64,000 nt of DNA from positions 2,944,001 to 3,008,000 of the forward strand of contig OY969724.1 of assembly GCA_963702205.1 (NCBI GenBank), in the 5' to 3' direction. The translations under genes were made by a program, and so were the position numbers. Below the pieces are notes generated by a model that was given only the letters and a program-made list of their open reading frames with translations, was not told the origin of the DNA and did no database searches. The number at the start of each line of letters is the position of its first letter. The stretch's first letter is position 1. This document shows positions 19,967-30,684 of the stretch, piece after piece. The DNA is from an uncultured candidate division Zixibacteria bacterium (lineage in GTDB: Bacteria; Zixibacteria; MSB-5A5; GN15; PGXB01).

Positions 19967-21049
19967 ATGGCTGATGCAGTGCAAGAAAGACGGACCGATT
20001 ACGGTCCCCCCCATTATGAGCAGTTCCTGCCTCCGATAATAAAGGAAAACTACGGCAAATGGAAATACCATGAAATCCTCAAGCCGGGAGTCATGGTTCA
20101 CGTCAGTGAAAGCGGAGCCAAACTGTTCACGATCCGGGCCGCTTCCGGGCGCTTGATAAGTATCGAGAAGATCAGAAATTATTGTGATTTGGCCGATAAG
20201 TACTGCGACGGTTATCTGCGGTTCACGAGCCGCCACAACGTCGAGTTCCTTCTGACCAAATCCGAAAACATCGATCCCCTGATTCAGGACCTGGCCGCTT
20301 TGGGACACCCGGTCGGCGGTATCGGCAATGCCATTTCGAGTATCGTCCACACCCAGGGCTGGGTGCACTGTCACTCGGCCGCGACCGACGCTTCCGGTGT
20401 CGTCAAGTGCGTCATGGACGACCTGATCGAGTACTTCGAAAACAGAAAGCTCCCCGGCAAGCTGCGTATCGCTTTGGCCTGTTGTCTGAACATGTGCGGT
20501 GCCGTACATTGTTCCGATATCGCTATCCTGGGCATTCACCGCAGACCACCGAAAGTCAACCACCAAAGCGTCAAAAAGATGTGCGAAATTCCGAACGTGG
20601 TTGCCTCCTGCCCGACCGCCGCGATTCGTCCGGCGACCGTGGAAGGTAACCCGTCGGTGGAAGTCCTGGAAGAAAATTGTATGTACTGCGCCAACTGCTA
20701 TACGGTGTGCCCCGCTATGCCTTTGAACGATCCCTTGAACGACGGCGTGTCGATATGGGTCGGCGGCAAGGTTTCCAACGCGCGCGCCGAACCGATGTTC
20801 TCGAAGCTGGCGATTCCGTTCATACCGAACAATCCGCCGCGCTGGCCCGAGGTTACTTCTGCCATCCGCAACCTGGTGGAACTCTGGGCGGCCAACGCCA
20901 GGAAGCACGAAAGAATGGGTGAGTGGATAAACCGTATCGGCTGGCCGAAGTTTTTCCAGATGTCCGGTATAGAGTTTACCAAGCAGCACATTGACGATTT
21001 CAAGCACGCCGGTCTGACCTTTAAACGCTCGACACATTTAACCTTTTAG
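19967..21049 (+). CDS. dsrB: Dissimilatory sulfite reductase beta subunit
   Basis: [46 protein letters not shown]. Confidence 0.98.
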   Translation: MADAVQERRTDYGPPHYEQFLPPIIKENYGKWKYHEILKPGVMVHVSESGAKLFTIRAASGRLISIEKIRNYCDLADKYCDGYLRFTSRHNVEFLLTKSENIDPLIQDLAALGHPVGGIGNAISSIVHTQGWVHCHSAATDASGVVKCVMDDLIEYFENRKLPGKLRIALACCLNMCGAVHCSDIAILGIHRRPPKVNHQSVKKMCEIPNVVASCPTAAIRPATVEGNPSVEVLEENCMYCANCYTVCPAMPLNDPLNDGVSIWVGGKVSNARAEPMFSKLAIPFIPNNPPRWPEVTSAIRNLVELWAANARKHERMGEWINRIGWPKFFQMSGIEFTKQHIDDFKHAGLTFKRSTHLTF

Positions 21050-21063
21050 AAGGTGATTTAGAT

Positions 21064-21309
21064 ATGGCGAAAACAAAGGAAGACATTGTCGAGGCCATGT
21101 TCAAGATGGTGAGCGACGCTCAGGGCCAGAAGAAACTCAAACCGATGGACCTGACCAAAGCCATGATTGAACTGTACGGTGACGACGGCGTCGACAAGAA
21201 ATTGTGTAAAGATGCCATCAAGGATCTGATCAACAGTGGACGCTGCGTGTATACTTATTATGGTGGCAGTTATATAGAGATTCCGCATAAAGAAGGCGCC
21301 GCGAATTAA
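21064..21309 (+). CDS. dsrD: DsrD-like winged-helix protein
   Basis: 81 aa directly after dsrB, with the LINSGRCVYTYYGGSY wing motif. Confidence 0.75.
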   Translation: MAKTKEDIVEAMFKMVSDAQGQKKLKPMDLTKAMIELYGDDGVDKKLCKDAIKDLINSGRCVYTYYGGSYIEIPHKEGAAN

Positions 21310-21336
21310 CATCCGCGGCGCGCGGGTGCCGCAACC

Positions 21337-22776
21337 ATGCTTGAACAAAAACCGCGGATAATATTCGCCGGCCTGTCCGGCGATTCGGGAAAGACGATAA
21401 CGAGCCTAAGCTTTCTGTCGCACTATCGACAGAAAGCTCCGGCCGTTCGCGTATTCAAAAAAGGTCCGGATTACATCGATTCGGCCTGGCTGAGTCATTT
21501 TGCCGGATCGCCATGTCACAATCTCGACACCTACCTCGCCGGCGAAGTAAACGTCTATCGTTCATTTTGCTCACATTCGACTTCGAACGGAATATCGGTC
21601 ATAGAGGGCAACCGGGGGTTGTTTGACGGGCTCGACGTGGACGGTACGCACAGTACGGCCGGGCTCGCGAAGCTTTTAAAAGCACCGGTGGTACTGATAG
21701 CCGACGCCACCAAGGCGACACGTACTATTGCGGCCCTGGTAAAAGGCTGCATCGACTTCGATCCTGACGTTAACATCGTGGGTGTCATTTTGAACCGCGT
21801 CGCGGGTGAAAGACATAAAAAGATTATTATCGATTCTATCGAAAAATATTGCGGCCTTCCTGTACTGGGAGCTATCCCCAAGCTGGATCGCGACGGGACG
21901 ATTATACCGTCCCGCCATCTGGGACTGGTGACACCGTCGGAATTCGATCGCAGCAACGCCCTCGGCGAGAAGCTCTATGAAATCGCCGATAAGTACCTGA
22001 ACATGGAAGGCATAGTACGTTTGGCCAACAATGCTCCTCAACTCGATATTGAAAAAACAAACGTACGAACCGAATTAAAGCCGAACATAAAGATCGGCTA
22101 TTTCAAAGATTCTGCTTTTACTTTTTATTATCCGGAGAACCTCGAAGCGCTGCGGGCGAACGGAGCCGAATTGATTGAGATATCGTCGATGACGAGCTCT
22201 TCCCTGCCCGATATCGACGGCTTGTATATCGGCGGGGGGTTCCCGGAAACACAGGGCGAAAAAATTTCCAACAACCTGCAGTTATTGGCATCGCTGAAAG
22301 AGGCCGCCGAAGACGGACTTCCGATTTATGCCGAGTGCGGGGGTTTGATACTCCTGTGCCGCTCGTTGTGCTGGCAGGATAATACGTACCGAATGGCCGG
22401 AGTGTTCCCGATTGATCTGGCGATGCATAAAAGGCCGATCGGGCACGGATATACGGCTCTTGAAGCCGACACGACCAACCCGATATTCGCCATGAATTCC
22501 AAAATATGCGGCCATGAGTTTCATTACTCGTCTCCTTTGAATTTCGACGAAAACATCACTACGTGCATGAAGGTCGAAAAAGGAACGGGGCTCGGAAACA
22601 ATCGCGACGGGTTGATATATAAAAATTGCCTGGCCGTCTATACGCATATCCATGCCGACGGTCACCCTGAATGGGCCGAAAGATTTTGCAGGCTGGTCCG
22701 AAGCTACAAAAACGGAGAAACTGATTTTTTTGAGATAAATTCCCCGGGAGCGCCGGCACGGGCCGGTGCCGTTTAA
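21337..22776 (+). CDS. dsrN: Siroheme amidase (cobyrinate a,c-diamide synthase family)
   Basis: FKKGPDYID, IEGNRGLFDG, IYAECGG, GHEFHYS. Lies in the dsr operon. Confidence 0.9.
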   Translation: MLEQKPRIIFAGLSGDSGKTITSLSFLSHYRQKAPAVRVFKKGPDYIDSAWLSHFAGSPCHNLDTYLAGEVNVYRSFCSHSTSNGISVIEGNRGLFDGLDVDGTHSTAGLAKLLKAPVVLIADATKATRTIAALVKGCIDFDPDVNIVGVILNRVAGERHKKIIIDSIEKYCGLPVLGAIPKLDRDGTIIPSRHLGLVTPSEFDRSNALGEKLYEIADKYLNMEGIVRLANNAPQLDIEKTNVRTELKPNIKIGYFKDSAFTFYYPENLEALRANGAELIEISSMTSSSLPDIDGLYIGGGFPETQGEKISNNLQLLASLKEAAEDGLPIYAECGGLILLCRSLCWQDNTYRMAGVFPIDLAMHKRPIGHGYTALEADTTNPIFAMNSKICGHEFHYSSPLNFDENITTCMKVEKGTGLGNNRDGLIYKNCLAVYTHIHADGHPEWAERFCRLVRSYKNGETDFFEINSPGAPARAGAV

Positions 22777-22830
22777 AAGGCGGGGCTTAGTACAAATATG
22801 ATATAATTTTTCTCGAATAAGAGAGGCAAC

Positions 22831-24513
22831 ATGGGTTTAGTAGGAAAGAAAAAGAGCCTTAAGGTCAAGCACGGCGGCAGCGCCTCGGGCGGGTCGGGCA
22901 AAGAACAGTCATCGCGACGACCTAAATTTGTCGAAAAGATACCACCCTGTATCAATAAATGCCCCAACAACAATCAGATCCGCGCGGCGTTGATGACGGT
23001 CAACAAGGCCGAGGATTATGAAAAGACCTATGACCAGGCGATGGAACAGGCCTGGCAGATATTCGCCGAGACGACACCCTTCCCGTCCGTGTGCGGCCGC
23101 GTCTGCCCGCACCCGTGCGAGACGGAATGCAACCGCACCGCCAAAGAAGGCGCCGTTTCGATCAACGCCTTTGAACGGCATGTCGGTGATTATGGCCTTG
23201 AAAAGGGCTTGAAGCCCAGGATGCTGTCTGATGAGAAACACGAGGAAAAGATAGCCATTATCGGTTCCGGCCCGGCCGGGATGAGCTGTGCTTATCATCT
23301 GGCCCGGCGCGGGTACCCCGTTACGGTTTTCGAGGCTTTTCCGAAGGCCGGTGGTATGCTTCGTTATGGTATCCCCGACTATCGTCTCCCCGGCGCTATC
23401 CTCGACGCCGAAATCCAGCGCATTCTGGATATGGGCGTGGAGCTTAAACTCAATACGGCCGTGGGCAAAGAAGTTCTTTTTGATGATATTAAAAGTCAGT
23501 ACAAGATGGTTTTCGTGGGGCTTGGTGCGCATCAGGGGTACAAACTCGGAGTGGCCGGTGAGGATGCCGAAAACGTCTGGACCGGAACCCAGTTTTTGAA
23601 CAAGATAAATTCCGGCGAGATGGTCGCCGTCGGCAGCAAAGTGGTCGTGGTCGGCGGCGGTGATACGGCCGTCGATGCCGCCCGCGTATCGCGCCGTCTC
23701 GGTGCCGAAGTAACGATTTTGTATCGTCGTACGCGCGAAGAAATGCCCGCCATCGACGAAGAAATCGTCGGTGCCGATGAAGAAGCGGTCACTATACACT
23801 ACCTGGCCGCGCCGATGGAAATTTACAAAGACGGTAACAAGGCGACCGGCATGAAATGTCAGAAGATGCAGTTGGGTGAACCGGATGCCTCGGGACGCCG
23901 TCGTCCGGTACCGATTGAAGGCGAGACGTTCGACCTGGAGTTCACGACTTTAATCGCGGCCATCAGCCAGGAACCGGATTTTACCGCTTTCGAGGGCCTT
24001 CGCGAAGGACGCGACTGGATAAAGGTCGACGATAACTACTGCACCAAGGATCAGCAAATTTACGCCGGTGGCGACAATATCAACCTGGACATTGCCATCA
24101 CGGCCGTCTATCACGGTCGCAGGGCCGCCGAAGCCATCGATGCTGCACTGCGTGGAACGACCTTGGCCAAACCGGAAGAAATGGGCATAATCCGCCACGA
24201 AAAAATGAAGCTGGATTTCTATGAAACGAAGGAACGAGTCCAGGTCAGCCAGCTGCCGGTGGAAGATCGTTTCAAAGAACTGACCGCCGAAATCACGCCG
24301 ACTCTTACGGCCGATCAGGCGGTAGCCGAATCCAAGCGGTGTATGAGCTGCGGAATGTGTTTCGACTGCGGCACATGCTGGAGCTATTGTCAGGATAATG
24401 CCGTTATTAAACCGCTTATTAAAGGCGAGAAATACAAATTTAAACTTGAATTCTGCAAGGGTTGCGACAAGTGCGCGGAGAACTGCCCGTGCGGATACAT
24501 TGAAATGTTTTAA
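22831..24513 (+). CDS. dsrL: Fe-S flavoprotein DsrL, probably a short NADP(H)-type (DsrL-2)
   Basis: GltD-like core (CGRVCPHPCE, GSGPAG, GGGDTA, YRR) plus a C-terminal CMSCGMCFDCGTC / CKGCDKCAENCPCG ferredoxin. Lies between dsrN and dsrC. Confidence 0.88.
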   Translation: MGLVGKKKSLKVKHGGSASGGSGKEQSSRRPKFVEKIPPCINKCPNNNQIRAALMTVNKAEDYEKTYDQAMEQAWQIFAETTPFPSVCGRVCPHPCETECNRTAKEGAVSINAFERHVGDYGLEKGLKPRMLSDEKHEEKIAIIGSGPAGMSCAYHLARRGYPVTVFEAFPKAGGMLRYGIPDYRLPGAILDAEIQRILDMGVELKLNTAVGKEVLFDDIKSQYKMVFVGLGAHQGYKLGVAGEDAENVWTGTQFLNKINSGEMVAVGSKVVVVGGGDTAVDAARVSRRLGAEVTILYRRTREEMPAIDEEIVGADEEAVTIHYLAAPMEIYKDGNKATGMKCQKMQLGEPDASGRRRPVPIEGETFDLEFTTLIAAISQEPDFTAFEGLREGRDWIKVDDNYCTKDQQIYAGGDNINLDIAITAVYHGRRAAEAIDAALRGTTLAKPEEMGIIRHEKMKLDFYETKERVQVSQLPVEDRFKELTAEITPTLTADQAVAESKRCMSCGMCFDCGTCWSYCQDNAVIKPLIKGEKYKFKLEFCKGCDKCAENCPCGYIEMF

Positions 24514-24561
24514 GAGAAAAGCAAACCATTTAACGTTAAATTCAATTTTGGAGGATGCAAG

Positions 24562-24879
24562 ATGCCAGTTTTTGAACATGGCGAAATCAAAATTGACGTG
24601 GATGAAGATGGCTTCATGGAAGATCCCGACGTCTGGAACGAAGAGATCGCTAAAGCATTGGCCACGACCGAGGGCGTAGACAACCTCACCGAAGACCACT
24701 GGAAACTGGTCAACTACCTGAGAGATTACTATCTCAAGTTCGGAATTGCCCCGATGATTCGTAAGCTCTGCAAAGAGACCGGCTTTCCACTGAAGAGAGT
24801 GTACGAACTTTTCCCGTCGGGTCCCGCCAAAGGCGCCTGCAAAGTCGCCGGGTTGGCCAAACCGACCGGTTGTGTGTAA
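24562..24879 (+). CDS. dsrC: Sulfur-carrier protein DsrC
   Basis: C-terminal arm GPAKGACKVAGLAKPTGCV retains both Cys residues (C-X10-C). Confidence 0.97.
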   Translation: MPVFEHGEIKIDVDEDGFMEDPDVWNEEIAKALATTEGVDNLTEDHWKLVNYLRDYYLKFGIAPMIRKLCKETGFPLKRVYELFPSGPAKGACKVAGLAKPTGCV

Positions 24880-24896
24880 TATTTGATTAATGGATT

Positions 24897-24928
24897 TCAG
24901 GGAAAACTCCCGGATGAGTTTTCCCTGA
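24897..24928 (+). terminator. 13-bp hairpin after dsrC (terminator or mRNA stabiliser)
   Basis: TCAGGGAAAACTC-CCGGAT-GAGTTTTCCCTGA, without a clear U tract. Confidence 0.6.
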
Positions 24929-25058
24929 TCCCGTTTCGATTGGAGAGAGCAAAGCAGGTTGGTCCGCCGGAAGAAATTCCGATCCGTACTCAGACAACAC
25001 CAGACCTGTTTTATTTTAGCTTCTTATGTGAAAAAAATAACTTGGACCGGTAAGTAAC

Positions 25059-25601
25059 ATGAAACTGACAAATCTCTTAAAGGAAAATAAAAATGATATT
25101 TTGAGGATATGGTTCGACGCCATATTGCAGTCATATCCTCAGGATACCTCCAATTTTCTGATAAAAGAAAATGACCGCTTTGCCAACCCGGTCGGATATA
25201 CTTATCGGAACAATATCGAAATCATCTTTGACGGACTTACCGGCGAGGCCGAACGAAAAGACGTGCTTCTGGCGATAGATAACATCGTGAAAGTCCGCAA
25301 TGTCCAGGATTTTGCACCATCGCAGGTGGTCGCCGTGTTTCTCCTGTTCAAAGGTATAGTCCGCCAACATTCAAAGATAAAAGATGCCGATGTAAGTCTG
25401 GATGCCGAACTGCTTGAATTCGAGGCCAGGGTCGACAACCTCGCGCTGGCGGCCTTCGATTGTTATTCGTCGATTCGCGAGTTGATGGGCGACATCCGCA
25501 TTCGGGAGGCGCAGCGGCGGATACAGAAGCTTATGGAAAGGTCAGATATTTTCAATGATAAAATAGGTCAGGAAGGGGATGCAACGTATGATGGATCGTG
25601 A
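25059..25601 (+). CDS. dsrT: DsrT (RsbRD N-terminal-like)
   Basis: DRFANPVG, VKVRNVQDFAPSQ, LALAAFDCY. Precedes dsrM. Confidence 0.88.
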   Translation: MKLTNLLKENKNDILRIWFDAILQSYPQDTSNFLIKENDRFANPVGYTYRNNIEIIFDGLTGEAERKDVLLAIDNIVKVRNVQDFAPSQVVAVFLLFKGIVRQHSKIKDADVSLDAELLEFEARVDNLALAAFDCYSSIRELMGDIRIREAQRRIQKLMERSDIFNDKIGQEGDATYDGS

Positions 25602-25622
25602 TCGCAGGCATCGGAAAGGAGC

Positions 25623-26630
25623 GTGCCGATTATGGGTATGATCTTTTCCCTCGTGGCAGTCCTGGTGCTGGCGCTTATCGCTTATGTCGGGGCCGGATCG
25701 TTTGGGCTGCACTACCTGTTCGGGGTGATAATCCCGTATCTGGCTCTGGTGATGTTCGTTTTCGGACTGATATACAGGGTTTTGAAATGGGCCAAATCGC
25801 CGGTGCCGTTCAAGATTCCGACGACCTGCGGGCAGCAGAAATCTTTGCCCTGGATTCGGCAAAGCAAGCTGGAAAGCCCGTCGACGGGCTGGCAGGTTTT
25901 TGGCCGTATGCTTCTGGAAATTTTCTTTTTCCGGTCGCTGTTTCGCAATACTAAGATGGCGCTCAAGAAAGGTCCGCGACTCGTTTATGGATCGGAAAAG
26001 TATTTATGGATGGCCGGTCTGGCTTTTCATTACAGCTTTCTGATAATCGTCCTCAGACACCTGAGGTTTTTTTTGGAACCGATACCGGGCTTTGTTACGG
26101 CAATACAGAAACTCGACGCATTCCTCCAGGTAGGCCTGCCGATATTCTATATCACCGACGGTATCCTTATGGCCGCCGTGGCCTTTTTATTCTTCCGGCG
26201 CGTGATAAATCCCAAAGTCCGATACATTTCTCTGGCGGCTGACTATTTCCCGCTTTTCTTAATCGGGAGCATCGCCCTGACCGGAATTCTCATGCGATAT
26301 ACGGAGACATTCAAAGCCGACCTTATTTCTGTCAAAGAACTCGCGATCGGCCTGATGACCTTCTCCCCCGTGCTGCCGCAGGGACTGGACGTCATATTCT
26401 TCATCCACCTCTTTCTGGTCAGTGCCCTTTTGATCTACTTTCCTATGAGCAAACTGGTCCATATGGGCGGTGTCTTTTTGAGCCCGACCCGCAACCTGGC
26501 CAACAACAGCCGCAGCCGTCGGCATATAAATCCGTGGAATCCCGACGTCAAAGTGCATACGTACGAAGAATACGAAGACGAATTTCGTGAACTCATGAAA
26601 GCGGCGGACATGCCGCTGGAGAAGGAATAA
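25623..26630 (+). CDS. dsrM: DsrM membrane cytochrome b
   Basis: PFKIPTTCGQQKSL, FFRSLFRNT, SKLVHMGGVFLSPTRN. Confidence 0.96.
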   Translation: MPIMGMIFSLVAVLVLALIAYVGAGSFGLHYLFGVIIPYLALVMFVFGLIYRVLKWAKSPVPFKIPTTCGQQKSLPWIRQSKLESPSTGWQVFGRMLLEIFFFRSLFRNTKMALKKGPRLVYGSEKYLWMAGLAFHYSFLIIVLRHLRFFLEPIPGFVTAIQKLDAFLQVGLPIFYITDGILMAAVAFLFFRRVINPKVRYISLAADYFPLFLIGSIALTGILMRYTETFKADLISVKELAIGLMTFSPVLPQGLDVIFFIHLFLVSALLIYFPMSKLVHMGGVFLSPTRNLANNSRSRRHINPWNPDVKVHTYEEYEDEFRELMKAADMPLEKE

Positions 26631-26633
26631 ATT

Positions 26634-28277
26634 ATGGCAGACGATAAAAAGAAACCGGAAGAGCTGGCCAATATCAGCTATCGGCTGCCGGAAAAATCGT
26701 GGATGGATACCCCGGTCGATTTCCGCAAAGGCACGTACAATTATGGCGCCGTAGCGGACAAGGCCAAATACCTGGGTCTTCCTTTCGCGCGCAAATGGCA
26801 ACCAATGGACGCCGACTGGAAGCTGCCGGAGAACTGGAAAGAAATTATCCTCGAAGGGATGCGCGAGCGTCTGGATAAATTCCGGTCGTTCCGCGTCTTC
26901 ATGGACATATGCGTACGATGCGGCGCCTGCGCCGATAAATGTCATTATTTCATCGGGTCCGGCGACCCCAGGAACATGCCCGTCCTGAGAGCCGAACTGT
27001 TGAGGTCGGTGTATCGTAAAGACTTCACCGCCGCCGGAAAAATCATGGGCAAAATCGCCGGGGCGCGCGAATTGACTGAGGAAGTGCTGAGAGAGTGGTT
27101 CTATTACTTTTTCCAGTGCACCGAATGTCGCCGCTGCTCGGTTTTCTGCCCGTACGGAATCGATACGGCCGAAATCACCATGATGGCCCGCGAACTTTTG
27201 AATCTGGTCGGTCTGAATATCGACTGGATCGTAACCCCGGCCGCCAACTGCTTCCGCACCGGGAATCACCTCGGTATTCAACCGCACGGATTCAAAGACA
27301 GCCTTGAATTTGCGGTCGATGAACTTGAAGAGCTGACCGGTGTTAAAATCGAAGCGCCGATAAACAAGAAAGGCGCGGAAGTGCTGTTTATTGCACCTTC
27401 GGCCGATTATTTTGCATCGCCGCATTATTATACACTGCTCGGGTACCTGCTTCTGTTTCATGAGATAGGGCTGGATTATACCTGGAGTTCTTTCGCATCA
27501 GAGGGCGGCAATTTCGGGCTGTTTCATTCCAATCAGGTCATGAAGCGTCTCAACGCCAAAATGTATATGGAAGCCAGGCGTCTTGGTGTCAAATGGATTC
27601 TGGGCGGTGAATGCGGCCATATGTGGCGCGTTTTGCACCAGTACATGGATACCATGAACGGCCCGGCCGATTTTCTGGAAATTCCTAAAAGCCCTATAAC
27701 CGGAACCGTCTTTGAAAACACGAAATCGACCAAGATGGTACATATTACAGAATTCACGTCGGATTTGATTAAAAACGACAAGATCAAGCTCGACCCCAGC
27801 CGCAACGATCACTGGAATGTCACTTTCCACGATTCGTGCAACCCGGCCCGCGCGATGGGACTTCTGGAAGAACCGCGCTATGTCATAAATAGCTGCTGCA
27901 ATAACTTCCACGAGATGCCGGAAAACACGATTCGGGAGCAAACCTTCTGCTGCGGCAGCGGCTCCGGTCTCGGAACCGATGAAAACCTGGAAATGCGCCT
28001 GCGCGGCGGATTACCGAGAGCCAACGCCGTGAAGTACAACCATGACGTCTATGGCACTAATATTTTGTTGTGTATCTGCGCTATCGACAAAGCGACGCTT
28101 CCGCCGCTTTTGGAATACTGGGTCCCGGACGTCGAGGTGGGCGGCATTCACGAGATGGTCGGCAATGCTTTGGTGCTGAAAAGTGAAACCAGGCGAGCCA
28201 CCGACCTGCGCGGAACACCGTATCCCGAGCCGGAAACCGTAAAAACCGAGGGAAAGGAGGCAGCCCAAGATGTATGA
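26634..28277 (+). CDS. dsrK: DsrK (HdrD-like Fe-S protein)
   Basis: CVRCGACADKC, CTECRRCSVFCP, GECGH, HDSCN, FCCGSGSG. Confidence 0.97.
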   Translation: MADDKKKPEELANISYRLPEKSWMDTPVDFRKGTYNYGAVADKAKYLGLPFARKWQPMDADWKLPENWKEIILEGMRERLDKFRSFRVFMDICVRCGACADKCHYFIGSGDPRNMPVLRAELLRSVYRKDFTAAGKIMGKIAGARELTEEVLREWFYYFFQCTECRRCSVFCPYGIDTAEITMMARELLNLVGLNIDWIVTPAANCFRTGNHLGIQPHGFKDSLEFAVDELEELTGVKIEAPINKKGAEVLFIAPSADYFASPHYYTLLGYLLLFHEIGLDYTWSSFASEGGNFGLFHSNQVMKRLNAKMYMEARRLGVKWILGGECGHMWRVLHQYMDTMNGPADFLEIPKSPITGTVFENTKSTKMVHITEFTSDLIKNDKIKLDPSRNDHWNVTFHDSCNPARAMGLLEEPRYVINSCCNNFHEMPENTIREQTFCCGSGSGLGTDENLEMRLRGGLPRANAVKYNHDVYGTNILLCICAIDKATLPPLLEYWVPDVEVGGIHEMVGNALVLKSETRRATDLRGTPYPEPETVKTEGKEAAQDV

Positions 28278-28677
28278 TGGTGGAAAAATAATATTCGGCA
28301 TTGTCATATTTCTGATTCTGGCCACTTTCCCGATCTGGTTCAACGTGGCCAACGGCAAAGCCGATTACACGCCCGACCCGAAAATAGTCACGGTCGGTGA
28401 GCAGTGTATGGCCTCGGCCGATTTCATGAAGCGTAAGCACATGGATATGCTCGATATCTGGCGCGATAAAGTCGTCCGCGACAACGAGAGGACTTTCATC
28501 GCACCCGACGGCAAAGAATATGAGATGAGTTTGTCCAATACGTGCATGAAATGCCATCCGAACAAAGCCGAATTCTGCGACCAGTGCCACAATTATATGG
28601 CCGTAACTCCATACTGCTGGCAGTGTCATATAGAACCCAAGGAGACAGCGACGGAGGTGGCCGATGGGAATCAATAG
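28270..28677 (+). CDS. dsrJ: DsrJ triheme cytochrome c
   Basis: CMKCH, CDQCH and CWQCH motifs with an N-terminal TM helix. Confidence 0.95.
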   Translation: MYDGGKIIFGIVIFLILATFPIWFNVANGKADYTPDPKIVTVGEQCMASADFMKRKHMDMLDIWRDKVVRDNERTFIAPDGKEYEMSLSNTCMKCHPNKAEFCDQCHNYMAVTPYCWQCHIEPKETATEVADGNQ

Positions 28678-29455
28678 ACGTAATTTCATAAAGCTGGCCG
28701 GGATTACGGTGGCAACCGGGATAGGCGGCAAAAAAGTGCTCGGTGAGCTGGTCGACGATTCAACCGGTCTGCCGGTATCGCAACCGACGACCGATGCCCC
28801 TCCCCTTACGGCCAAGCGCTGGGCGATGGTCATCGACCTGAAAAAGTGCCGCAAAGAATCCGGCTGCACCGATTGTATCAAGGCCTGCCACCACGTCCAT
28901 AACGTGCCCGACCTCGGCAATCCCAAAGATGAGGTCAAATGGATTTGGAAGCAGGACTTTGAAGGGGCGTTTCCGTCGGCCGATCATAAATTCCTCGAAG
29001 ACGAGGTTCGCGAATCACCGGCTATCGTGTTCTGTAACCACTGCGATAATCCTCCGTGTGTCCGGGTGTGTCCGACGCAGGCGACCTGGAAACGGCTGGA
29101 AGACGGCATCGTCATGATGGACATGCACCGCTGTATCGGTTGCCGGTATTGCGTGGTGGCCTGTCCCTATGGCTCGCGCAGCTTCAACTGGCGCGATCCC
29201 CGGCCGTTTATCAAGGACATAGATCCGGATTACCCGACCCGCAAGCGCGGTGTCGTCGAGAAGTGTACCTTCTGCGCCGAGCGCCTGGTCCGGGGAGAGA
29301 TCCCCGCTTGTGTCGAGGCATGCTCGGCCAAGGCCATGGTTTTCGGCGATCTCGAGGATTCCGAATCCGAAGTCCGCAAGCTGCTGGCGGAAAACTACAC
29401 GATTCGGCGCAAACCGGAACTGGGCACTAACCCCGAAATTTACTATATAGTGTGA
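28664..29455 (+). CDS. dsrO: DsrO periplasmic Fe-S protein
   Basis: Tat signal RRNFIK, CNHCDNPPCVRVCP, CIGCRYCVVACP, CTFC. Confidence 0.95.
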   Translation: MGINRRNFIKLAGITVATGIGGKKVLGELVDDSTGLPVSQPTTDAPPLTAKRWAMVIDLKKCRKESGCTDCIKACHHVHNVPDLGNPKDEVKWIWKQDFEGAFPSADHKFLEDEVRESPAIVFCNHCDNPPCVRVCPTQATWKRLEDGIVMMDMHRCIGCRYCVVACPYGSRSFNWRDPRPFIKDIDPDYPTRKRGVVEKCTFCAERLVRGEIPACVEACSAKAMVFGDLEDSESEVRKLLAENYTIRRKPELGTNPEIYYIV

Positions 29456-29462
29456 GGGTGGT

Positions 29463-30625
29463 ATGATAGAAAAAGCACTAACAGGATCGAAACAGGTACT
29501 GGGCGTGGGTGTCCCTGCTTATGGTATTTATCGGCATCGGTTTTCTAACATACCTGTACCAGTTTAACCACGGTATGTACATCACCGGCCTCAGCCGCGA
29601 CGTCCCGTGGGGCCTGTATATCGCTCAGTTCACATTTCTGGTCGGGGTGGCCGCGTCGGCGGTTATGGTAGGTACTGCCGTACTATCTTCACAATTATAA
29701 GGACTTCGCCAAGATAACCGTCCTCGGCGAATTTCTGGCGATCGGTTCGGTTATCATGTGCATGCTGTTTGTCTTCGTGGATATAGGTAATCCGATTCGC
29801 ATTTTGAATATGCCTTTGCACCCGTCGCCGCACTCGCTGCTTTTCTGGGATATGATCGTCTTATCCGGCTATCTGTTCCTGAACGTCATGATTTCTCAGG
29901 TGACCTTTTCCGCCGAGAAGAAGGGCATAAAGCCGCCGAAATGGATCAAACCGTTTATTATCATTTCGATACCGTGGGCGGTCAGCATTCATACCGTCAC
30001 GGCCTTTCTGTACAACGGTCTGGCGGCGAGGCCTTTCTGGCTGACAGCCATTCTCGCGCCGCGATTTCTGGCTTCGGCCTTTGCCGCGGGTCCGGCCTTT
30101 CTGGTTTTGATCTGCTACCTCCTGAAAAAATTCTCCAACAACGACGTCGGTGATAAGGCCCTTTCCAAACTGGGCGAGATCATAACCTATGCCATGGCGA
30201 TCAACGTCTTTTTCGTTCTGCTGGAACTGTTCACGGCGCTTTACAGCGATATACCCGAACACATTGCCCATTTCAAGTACCTGTATCTTGGAATCGGAAA
30301 GGCCCATTTTCTGGTGCCGTGGATGTGGACCTCGGCTTTTCTGTCGATAGTGTCACTGGTTCTGCTCCTGGTCCCGAAGTTGAGGGCGAGCAAGAAGTGG
30401 TTCGGACTGGCCTGCATTACCGTCATCGGTTCGCTTTGGATAGAAAAAGGCCTCGGCATGGTCATCACCGGATTTGTGCCCTCGCCGCTGGGCAAGGTGG
30501 TCGAATATATCCCGACGCTGCCGGAAGTCATGATCGTGGTTGGCATCTGGAGCGCCGGTTTTCTGGTCCTGACCGTTTTATATAAAGTGGCCATGGCCGT
30601 GAGACACCAGATTGGTTACAAATAG
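29463..30625 (+). CDS. dsrP: DsrP (NrfD family), with two +1 frameshifts near 29495 and 29670
   Basis: Corrected reading MIEKALTGSK.YWAWVSLL...[24 protein letters not shown]...; WAVSIHTVTAF and ILAPRFLASAF motifs. Confidence 0.9.
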
Positions 30626-30684
30626 GATATTGCTTTATTTGACATAATTGGTATTTTCAACGCCGGCTCCATGACGGCGTTGGC

